Shown piece by piece: positions 33,514 through 40,885 of a DNA stretch of 64,000 bases. The stretch covers positions 512,001 through 576,000 of the forward strand of contig OZ250183.1 in NCBI GenBank assembly GCA_965238225.1. Reading direction: 5' to 3'. A model generated the notes under the pieces. The model was not told the origin of the DNA. It saw only the letters and a program-made list of their open reading frames with translations, and did not search any database. A program made the translations under genes and the position numbers. The DNA comes from Gammaproteobacteria bacterium. GTDB taxonomy: Bacteria; Pseudomonadota; Gammaproteobacteria; Eutrophobiales; Eutrophobiaceae. The number at the start of each line of letters is the position of its first letter. Position 1 is the first letter of the stretch.

Positions 33514-33930
33514 TTATTTATTGTCACTAGAGTCGGATTTGTCTAGGTCAATCGAGATTGAATTAATGCAATAACGTAAGCCGGTTGGCTGTGGCCCATC
33601 TTTAAATACATGCCCAAGATGAGCATCGCAGGTATTGCACATTACTTCTACCCGTTGCACCCCATGACTGGTATCAATTTCTGTTTTTACCGCACCTTCA
33701 TTTATTGGTTTAAAATAACTTGGCCAGCCTGAACCAGAATCGTATTTTGCTTCAGAACTAAACAAGGAATTACCGCAACAGGAACATACATAAATGCCCT
33801 TATCTTTGCAGTCATAATATTTTCCAGTAAAGGCAGGCTCTGTTCCTTTTTGTCTGCAAACGGAAACTTGTTCTGGAGTGAGTTTCTGACGCCATTCTTT
33901 TTCAGTTTTATCAACACGATTTTTAATCAT
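33514..33930 (-). CDS. msrB: Peptide-methionine (R)-S-oxide reductase
   Basis: [32 protein letters not shown]. Confidence 0.96.
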   Translation of the reverse strand: MIKNRVDKTEKEWRQKLTPEQVSVCRQKGTEPAFTGKYYDCKDKGIYVCSCCGNSLFSSEAKYDSGSGWPSYFKPINEGAVKTEIDTSHGVQRVEVMCNTCDAHLGHVFKDGPQPTGLRYCINSISIDLDKSDSSDNK

Positions 33931-34006
33931 GAAATTATACCTTTTGTTATTAACCTCTCAAGCTAAGTAGATGTAGATTTATAACTGATCTCAATTAAGG
34001 GTACTA

Positions 34007-34381
34007 TCATCTTGGTAAAAAGTAATTTCTTTTTGCTCTTTTGCAGGCATTATCGCGCATCATTTCATTGTAACTATTTCGTTCTTTAGAATAGGCATCA
34101 GACCAGGTTTGGCAAACCTCTCTATTTATTCTTTGCGCATTAGTTTCTCTCTCTTGATATCTTTTGCGTTGTTTAAGTTGAGATTTTCTTTTCTCTTGTT
34201 GTAATGCAAGATTTCTTTCCAATTCTGCAGCTGTGCGTTCCAGCGCAAGCGATGCTTGTTCAAGTGCAATCTTGGCTTCATATTCAATCCAATATTTAAA
34301 AACTGCACCAGCAGATAAGTTTGCAATAAAAACTGACAAAAGTACTGTAAAGAATATTTTTTTATAGCTTATTCCTTCCAT
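34007..34381 (-). CDS. Hypothetical membrane-anchored coiled-coil protein, most distal integron cassette
   Basis: Starts 30 nt after the GTTATAT core site of the attC at 34411-34493; N-terminal hydrophobic helix and a Cys pair. Confidence 0.7.
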   Translation of the reverse strand: MEGISYKKIFFTVLLSVFIANLSAGAVFKYWIEYEAKIALEQASLALERTAAELERNLALQQEKRKSQLKQRKRYQERETNAQRINREVCQTWSDAYSKERNSYNEMMRDNACKRAKRNYFLPR

Positions 34382-34410
34382 ACTATTTAATTCTCATTTT
34401 TTATGGTGGC

Positions 34411-34493
34411 ATATAACGCCCGCCTCAGCGGCACCAAAAAGCAGTGGCAGTCCAGCGCAGCTTGCTGCGCGATTGTGCGCAAACTTGTTATGC
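34411..34493 (-). mobile_element. attC site (83 bp)
   Basis: Minus strand GCATAAC-AAG...GCGCAGCAAGCTGCGC...GCTGAGGCGGGC-GTTATAT; the upstream ORF stop TAA lies inside R''. Confidence 0.85.
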
Positions 34494-34764
34494 GGCGTCA
34501 TGTAGTTTTTCTAATATCTTTACGGTTTTAAAACGATATTTCCAAGATAAGTAAATACCGCCTACTAAGGTAACCCACCAAAAAAAGTAAGCACCACCTT
34601 TTGTCCTCGTTAGATCTACGTAAAAGTCAAAAACCATTGTGTCATTTATATCGCTACCAAATAACCCCCCTTGAAACAAAAGAGCTATCGTTTAGAAAGA
34701 GGATAGCGACAATGATTAGAGAACTTAGCCCCCAGCTAATATATCTTAATATTTTAGTGCTCAT
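34488..34764 (-). pseudogene. Frameshifted small membrane-protein cassette gene
   Basis: RBS AAGGA plus ATG at 34764 (MSTKILRYISWG...), continuing in another frame (FQGGLFG...HDAA*) to a stop inside the attC; 277 nt is not a multiple of 3. Confidence 0.65.
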
Positions 34765-34784
34765 ATCTTTCCTTATTTTAAAAA

Positions 34785-34844
34785 ATATAACGTCTTGCTC
34801 ATCGGCGCAGCTTTTTGCGCGTCCGCTGGAGCTATTTGTTAGCC
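34785..34844 (-). mobile_element. attC site (60 bp, classic 59-base-element form)
   Basis: GGCTAAC-AAATAGCTCCAGCGGACGCGCAAAAAGCTGCGCCGATGAGCAAGAC-GTTATAT. Confidence 0.92.
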
Positions 34845-34849
34845 ATTTT

Positions 34850-35253
34850 TTATTGATGATCATTAAGCCATTGCTGTACGAGGTGATCATTTTTAGGACC
34901 CCACTGTGTGCAAATTGCATAGCAAAAACCATTCCGTATGAATTCAAACTTCCATGTCCAGCGATTGACACCATCACGAGATTTTACTGCTTGCCTTTTT
35001 GTTGCTTGATTTTCAGTTGAAGGCACTTTGATAAATAGAGGGAAACCAATTCCAAAAAGGTCTTTTGATGTGGGTTTATTACATAGTTGTTCTAGCTCAT
35101 GGTCTGCGATGGATTTCGCAGCAGACGAGATACTTTATTGTTGTTCTATTTACTTCATAAGAAGGGCCGAGCCTAGGAATTTCAGGTTGCTGAATCAATA
35201 ACGACCGTTTGTGGGCCATGTCTGCGATTTTAGGAATTTCAATAGTTGGTCAT
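34850..35253 (-). pseudogene. Frameshifted cassette gene of unknown function
   Basis: RBS plus ATG at 35253 stops after 4 codons; a startless open frame of about 94 codons (ADHELEQLCNK...YAICTQWGPKNDHLVQQWLNDHQ*) ends 5 nt before the attC. Confidence 0.6.
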
Positions 35254-35368
35254 TGATCCTTTATTTTTTTCGAAAAAATCAAGTGTAAATTCTGTTTTTA
35301 TGGCTAACTATTAGTAGACATCCTAATATACTATAAAATACCACATGCCTTCACCGTTCTCTTTAGCG

Positions 35369-35426
35369 GCCTAACCTTTGAATTCAGCGAATTGCATAAG
35401 CAGTCGACTGGAATGATTTGTTAGCT
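35369..35426 (-). mobile_element. attC site (58 bp) of the nirK cassette
   Basis: AGCTAAC-AAATCATTCCAGTCGACTGCTTATGCAATTCGCTGAATTCAAAG-GTTAGGC, starting 4 nt after the nirK stop. Confidence 0.88.
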
Positions 35427-35430
35427 GTTT

Positions 35431-36546
35431 TTAGTTTTTGATAGGGCTAGGCTTTTTAACCTGCTCCATCAAATCATTATTCCATTTACCTTTAACTTGA
35501 ACATGTGCCACACCACCGAGTATGAATGCCTGAATTAAATCATGATTTAAATAGGCATATAAACCTGGTTGTTTAAAGGTGTAGATAGCGGCGACTGCCT
35601 CGCCACCATTCACATGCCAAGTTTCTCTATCAACAGTTGGGGTGTTTCTAAACGAACCACCTGGCCAAACTAAATCCCCATGACCACCTATTAGATGAAT
35701 GCGGGAATCTTCATTAGCTTGTGAATGAATAAATAAAACCGTTTCGCCCACTTTAGCTTTCATTGCATTTTTACCCGTTAAGGCACCTTTTTTACCGTTA
35801 TAAGTTACATGAGTTGGTACCAATCCACGCATAACTTTTAGGGTGTCGCCAAAAGGCTCTAGTGCATTTGAATATCGTTTATATTTACCATTTTCATCTT
35901 GTGGAATATACCAACCCTGCTCACCAATGTAATAGGCTCTATCATAAGTAACATTTTTACCTTTATTGTCTTTTAGTCCATCTTTTGGCAAAATCATAAT
36001 TGCCCCATACATTCCTGAAACTACGTGATAAGGTATCATAAGCCCACCTGGCGCACAGTGGTAAACATAAGTGCCTGGTTTGTCTGCCTTAAAACGAAGA
36101 ACTACTTGCTCACCTGGGGATACTTTAGTCAAAGCCCCGCCACCAAGAGCACCAGTTGAGGCGTGAAAATCAATGTTGTGCAGCAATAAATTGGTTTTGG
36201 GATTTTTGAGTGTTAATTCAACATAATCACCTTCATGCACGACCATGATTGGTCCTGGATTAGTGCCATTAAAAGTCATTGCTTGGACAAAAACACTTGG
36301 TTCAATTTCAATTTCTTTTTCTTCAATTATCATTTCCATTTCAATAATTCTAGGTTTACCAGAATATTTTTGTTGATGTTTGGGTAGAAAAGGTGGCACA
36401 ACTAGGATTTGTTTCACTCGCTCCAAACCTTTGATATTTGATTGAACGCCAATATCAGCAATATAAGGTTTCGAATTTTCACCAGAAAATAATGATGATG
36501 AAAATAACATTGACGCACATAGCAAACTTATTTTTAAATTTTTCAT
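35431..36546 (-). CDS. nirK: Copper-containing nitrite reductase (NO-forming), in an integron cassette
   Basis: Signal peptide; HNIDFH, YVYHCAP, HVVSGM, HLIGGHG, YLNHDL supply the type 1 and type 2 Cu ligands and catalytic Asp/His. Confidence 0.95.
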   Translation of the reverse strand: MKNLKISLLCASMLFSSSLFSGENSKPYIADIGVQSNIKGLERVKQILVVPPFLPKHQQKYSGKPRIIEMEMIIEEKEIEIEPSVFVQAMTFNGTNPGPIMVVHEGDYVELTLKNPKTNLLLHNIDFHASTGALGGGALTKVSPGEQVVLRFKADKPGTYVYHCAPGGLMIPYHVVSGMYGAIMILPKDGLKDNKGKNVTYDRAYYIGEQGWYIPQDENGKYKRYSNALEPFGDTLKVMRGLVPTHVTYNGKKGALTGKNAMKAKVGETVLFIHSQANEDSRIHLIGGHGDLVWPGGSFRNTPTVDRETWHVNGGEAVAAIYTFKQPGLYAYLNHDLIQAFILGGVAHVQVKGKWNNDLMEQVKKPSPIKN

Positions 36547-36633
36547 TTTATTTCTCCAAAGCCCTCAATAAAAAAACAGTTAGATGTGAGGACAGCCACA
36601 TAACTTGTTATTAGATTAGATGAGTTAACTAAC

Positions 36634-36725
36634 ACCTAACGTTGTGTTAAGGGGCGCAAGCCGCATCGCGATGCAGCTTTACTGCGTCCAGTGCCGAAGG
36701 CGCTCAGTTGATTGACTTGTTAAAC
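36634..36725 (-). mobile_element. attC site (92 bp) of the TIR cassette
   Basis: GTTTAAC-AAGTCAATCAAC...GCCTTCGGC...GCATCGCGATGC...CCCCTTAACACAAC-GTTAGGT. Confidence 0.88.
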
Positions 36726-36758
36726 GTTTTTCTTGCCACGTGCCAATGGAATGCTAGC

Positions 36759-37516
36759 CTATTTGTCTCTTTTCTTTTCATGCATTACGCCTTGGATCAC
36801 TACCTGCTTGTTTGTTGGTGAAGTGACCTCGACCAAAAAAGGAAAACCGGGAACAGTATTTCCATCTACGCCAATAAATTGCGCATTGTAGGTTTTGCCA
36901 TCGCTTAAGGGTATTATATTTTCGTGAAAATTAGTGGTAAACATATTACCAGATTTATATTGAAATTCGACATCATCTTTTTCCATGTTGGTTAGAAACA
37001 TATAGTGCGATACGGGCTCTAAGTAATGTTCAGCATGAATTTCAACGAATGTTTATTGGAATCATCCTCAGTAAATTGACATGCTTTAAGATTTGAAAAC
37101 TGTTGAGAATCGAGGTTGAAGGTATTGTGCCCAGATAGAACATCTACCATTTGGCGAATGGCGACTTCGAAGCCATTGTTAAATAGGTCTATGTTGAGAT
37201 TTTGCATTAGTATAGGTGGCATCAAACAATCATCAAGTCTGACAGGTATTATTTTAATATCGCCGTTTACCTTTTTCATTAAAGCATTGTGCCACTCTAG
37301 CTTGACCATTTCGCTCTGAAGGCTATTTCTGGAGACAAAGAGAAAAAAAAGCTTAGAGTCACCAAGCCCTTCATTCATTTTGCCTACAATGCTGTTCCCG
37401 GGCTGTATAGACCAAGAATCGTAAAATACATTTTCCTGACCGACAGCATCACGCAATCTTAATGCTACCCGTTCAACTATGGCCTTGTCCCTGTGATTGT
37501 ATGATATGAATATCAA
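36759..37516 (-). pseudogene. TIR-domain protein cassette gene with one frameshift near 37055
   Basis: IFISYNHRDK, VFYDSWSIQPG, VSRNSLQSEMVKLEW, IIPVRLDD; the frame TFVEIHAEHYLEPVSHY runs into ORF 36759..37001. Confidence 0.8.
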
Positions 37517-37539
37517 GGTGCTTTCTCCTTGGCGTGTAC

Positions 37540-37565
37540 GTTTAACGCCGTATTCATTTTTGGTG
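37540..37565 (-). mobile_element. Core recombination site at the start of the first cassette (attI, or the right end of a truncated attC)
   Basis: GTTAAAC at 37546-37540 exactly complements the GTTTAAC R'' of the same cassette's attC and abuts the intI remnant. Confidence 0.65.
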
Positions 37566-37724
37566 CATGTTTTGCGGAGTTTCTTTTGCTACGCACCTTT
37601 TAGAGACAGGCTATGACATTCGTACGATTCAAGATTTATAGGGCATAAGAATGTAGAACCCACAATGATTTACACCCATATACTAAAATCTGGCGGGCAA
37701 GGTGCTCAAAGTCCATTAGACAAT
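37566..37724 (+). pseudogene. intI: Integron integrase C-terminal remnant
   Basis: [50 protein letters not shown] with frameshifts, matching IntI box II and the C-terminal SPLD. Confidence 0.9.
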
Positions 37725-37730
37725 ACTTCG

Positions 37731-37910
37731 ATGAATTTTTCAAATACTGAATTTGCGTTAATCTGGCTGATTTTTATTTGGACTGGTTTTGTACGTGCAG
37801 GTTTGGGTTTGCCATTAATGTTGTTAATTGGTGCTAACCCTATTTATTGGTTGCCTATTATTAGCATTCATTTGTTGTTTTTTCATCCCTCACTTTGTTT
37901 AAGTCTTTAG
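37731..37910 (+). pseudogene. N-terminal remnant of a TauE/SafE-like permease
   Basis: [20 protein letters not shown]...[12 protein letters not shown]; lacks the usual FGG segment and terminates early. Confidence 0.55.
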
Positions 37911-38113
37911 TTGGCTGTGCCTATTTTCAGTAATATCAGGATATCTTGTGCGCAGCTTTGACTAAAGCGCACATAGGAAATACCTGTGGCATTTCGATTT
38001 CTTTCGATTTTAGTTGCAGATCGCTTTGCATATGTTTAGCGTTATCCTTATCCAAAACAGGACTAACATTCAATGCAGTGTTGCCCACATTAATGAATAA
38101 GATAGAATAAATT

Positions 38114-40885
38114 ATGGATACGGAAATTAGACATTCTATTGAGCAGGAATTCACCATTGTGACGCCAACCAAGCGTCTTAGTCGAGCGTTACGTAAGCAA
38201 TACATCTCAAAGCAGCTATCAGAGCAAAAGAAAACTTGGGAGACACCAGATATTCTGCCTTGGGCTGTGTGGATATCGCGTATCTGGGATGATTTTACAA
38301 CGCAACAAGACTCAGCCCCCATGTTACTTAAGCCGCAACAAAGAAAATGGGTCTGGCAAAAGATTGTCGCTGAATCCAGCATTGCTAAGGAATTTTTGCA
38401 ACCTGCTGCTGTTTACCACTTAGCCTATGATGCTTGGAAAACCATGTGCCAATGGCAATTAGATATATTTCCAGAAGGTCTTTGGCTTAATAAAGATAAT
38501 CTTGCTTTTAAGTCATGGGTTACAACCTTTCAACAACAGTGTAAAAAACATAATTGGTTGGATATCGCCAGTCTCGAAGGGTATTTATTAAACGATGTCT
38601 CACAATGGGCAGCATATAAAGCCGAAAAAATTCATCTGTTTGGATTTGATGAACTGACACCAGTTCAAGAAGCCTTGCTTAAAGCAATGCAACAAGAAGG
38701 TTGTAAGATTAAACAAGATGAAATTAAACAGACCGTTTACGCTCGCAATACAAATAAAACTGTAAATCTAAATACAGTAATTGTAAGGCGAGCCTATGCA
38801 GACACAAGGCATGAAATAAAAGCTATTGCATATTGGTTAAGAGAACAGCTAAGTTTAGATAGCAGTGCTTCCATAGGTGTTGTTGTTCCAGATCTGGAAA
38901 ATCTGCGCGCAGACATCGAAAATATTTTTGATGATGTACTCACACCTTGCAATCTATTTGCAACCGACAGCGAGATAAATAACGCTCGTCCTTATAATTT
39001 TTCTCTAGGAAAACCCTTGTCAGATTATCCAGTAATACATACTGCTTTTGAAATTCTTGGGTTGGAAAAAAAGATCATCTGTTTAGAAGATCTAGGTGCT
39101 TTATTACGCTCGCCGTTTCTGGGCGGAGCAGAAACAGAAATGATTGCCCGTGCCGAACTAGATGCGTATTTAAAAGAGAAGGGGGAGCCAGAGGTATCTC
39201 TCACTATTTTTCAAAAATATTTAGAGAAAAATGAATTATGGTCAAAGCAGTGTCCGCAATTCATCGCATCATTACAAAAATGGCATGAGGTTCTTCAGCG
39301 ACAAGCAGAAAAACAAACTTGTATAGAATGGATTAAATCCTTCATTGACCTATTAAATACATTTGCTTGGCCTGGTGAACGCAATAAACAAGGAGATGAA
39401 TTGCAAACCATAGAAACATGGAGAGGATTATTCGATCAATTTGCGTCTTTGGATCTGGTATCGGGTAAATTAACCTATCATGGCGCACTGTCACTATTAC
39501 AAAGTCTGGCACGTGAGCAAATCTATCAAGTAGAGTCAGATGAAGTCCCGGTTCAGATCATGGGCTTGCTCGAAGCCTCTGGCTTGCAGTTTGACAAGCT
39601 CTGGGTCATGGGTCTGCATGAAGAAAAATGGCCATTAATGGCTAGGGCTAATCCTTTTCTGCCAGTAAAATTGCAAAGAGAGAATAATATGCCTCACGCT
39701 TCTGCTGAGCGTGAGCTGGAATACGCACGCGGGGTAACGTCGCGTTTAGAGGCATCGGCAAACGAAGTATTTTTCAGTTCACCTTTAAATGAAGCCGGAA
39801 GAGCATTAAAACCGAGCCCTTTGTTAAAACATTTGCCATTGCAGAAAATAGAACAATCTTCGTATTCTGATTATGCAGAGATGATTTTCGACTCCAGTAA
39901 AATGGAATATTTTTATGATGATGTGGCACCTGAAGTTAAAGAATCAAAAGTGGGCGGCGGCACGACTTTATTTAAGGATCAGGCTGCTTGCCCATTTCGT
40001 GCCTTTGCAAAACATCGTCTTGGTGCCAAGCCGTTGGCTAAAGTAGATATTGGTTTAAGCGCGATACAGCGCGGTCAGTTAGTCCATGAGTGTTTGCAAT
40101 TATTTTGGGAGAAAATTAGCACTCATGAAGAATTAATAGGGTTATCAGATGATGCGCTGCAATTAAATATTAATCAGTGTGTTGCCAAGGTTGTTAAACA
40201 TTTTCAAGCAAAACATCTATTTATGGTGACTAGGCGATTTATGTTGATCGAACAAGGCAGGCTAGAAAAGATGATGCATGAATGGTTATCATTGGAAAAA
40301 TGTCGCCAACCTTTCACTGTTGTTGAAAGAGAACAAGAACACGCTTTCACCATTGAAGGTTTAAAGATTCAAACCCGCGTCGATCGTATTGATCAACTCC
40401 CCGACGGTAGTTTTATTATAATCGACTATAAAACTGGCATGTTGTCCTCACTAGCAAAATGCTGGATAGATGAGCGTCCTGATGAACCACAATTGCCGCT
40501 CTATGCCGTTAAAGCGGAGGGTAATATTGCCGCTGTGGTCTTTGCTCATATAAAACCGGGCGAAATGAAATTTGTTGGCTTGGTTGACGATGTTTATGCC
40601 CAAACCACAAGCGATGATGCAAGTGCAAAGGCAAGTCAAGCATTAATTCCAGGAGTACAAACATTAAAACAAAATAGAGCCATTAAAGAATTTCCTGATT
40701 GGGAAAGTTTATTTCTATTCTGGAAAAAGCGCCTACAAACTCTTGCAGAGAATTATCGCAAAGGAGATGCGCATGTTGATCCACATAAGGGAAATAATAC
40801 CTGTAGATATTGCGGTCTAGAAACCTTGTGTCGCATTGATGAGATTGGTAAACCACCTATTTACTTATCGGACGATGACGAGTGA
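38114..40885 (+). CDS. AddB/RexB-like DNA repair protein with C-terminal PD-(D/E)XK nuclease and Fe-S cysteines
   Basis: DQAACPFRAFA, RVDRID...IIDYKTG, PQLPLY, CRYCGLETLC. Confidence 0.85.
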   Translation: MDTEIRHSIEQEFTIVTPTKRLSRALRKQYISKQLSEQKKTWETPDILPWAVWISRIWDDFTTQQDSAPMLLKPQQRKWVWQKIVAESSIAKEFLQPAAVYHLAYDAWKTMCQWQLDIFPEGLWLNKDNLAFKSWVTTFQQQCKKHNWLDIASLEGYLLNDVSQWAAYKAEKIHLFGFDELTPVQEALLKAMQQEGCKIKQDEIKQTVYARNTNKTVNLNTVIVRRAYADTRHEIKAIAYWLREQLSLDSSASIGVVVPDLENLRADIENIFDDVLTPCNLFATDSEINNARPYNFSLGKPLSDYPVIHTAFEILGLEKKIICLEDLGALLRSPFLGGAETEMIARAELDAYLKEKGEPEVSLTIFQKYLEKNELWSKQCPQFIASLQKWHEVLQRQAEKQTCIEWIKSFIDLLNTFAWPGERNKQGDELQTIETWRGLFDQFASLDLVSGKLTYHGALSLLQSLAREQIYQVESDEVPVQIMGLLEASGLQFDKLWVMGLHEEKWPLMARANPFLPVKLQRENNMPHASAERELEYARGVTSRLEASANEVFFSSPLNEAGRALKPSPLLKHLPLQKIEQSSYSDYAEMIFDSSKMEYFYDDVAPEVKESKVGGGTTLFKDQAACPFRAFAKHRLGAKPLAKVDIGLSAIQRGQLVHECLQLFWEKISTHEELIGLSDDALQLNINQCVAKVVKHFQAKHLFMVTRRFMLIEQGRLEKMMHEWLSLEKCRQPFTVVEREQEHAFTIEGLKIQTRVDRIDQLPDGSFIIIDYKTGMLSSLAKCWIDERPDEPQLPLYAVKAEGNIAAVVFAHIKPGEMKFVGLVDDVYAQTTSDDASAKASQALIPGVQTLKQNRAIKEFPDWESLFLFWKKRLQTLAENYRKGDAHVDPHKGNNTCRYCGLETLCRIDEIGKPPIYLSDDDE

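Larger units (their letters stand above)
34007..37724. mobile_element. Degenerate chromosomal integron: cassette array on the minus strand with a divergent intI remnant
   Basis: Four attC sites separating single co-oriented ORFs; IntI C-terminal motifs on the opposite strand next to the first cassette. Confidence 0.9.

Noticed and set aside
34601-35020. ORFs 34601..35020 (+) and 34654..34977 (-)
   Set aside because: Both read through the attC at 34785-34844; only the 3' part of the minus ORF belongs to a real cassette gene
34411-36725. GC-rich hairpins as simple terminators or REP elements
   Set aside because: Each is bounded by RYYYAAC-like and GTTRRRY-like ends directly after a stop codon and lacks a U tract, which fits attC better
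37936-38382. 148-aa minus-strand ORF
   Set aside because: Mostly antisense to the AddB-like gene and has no motifs
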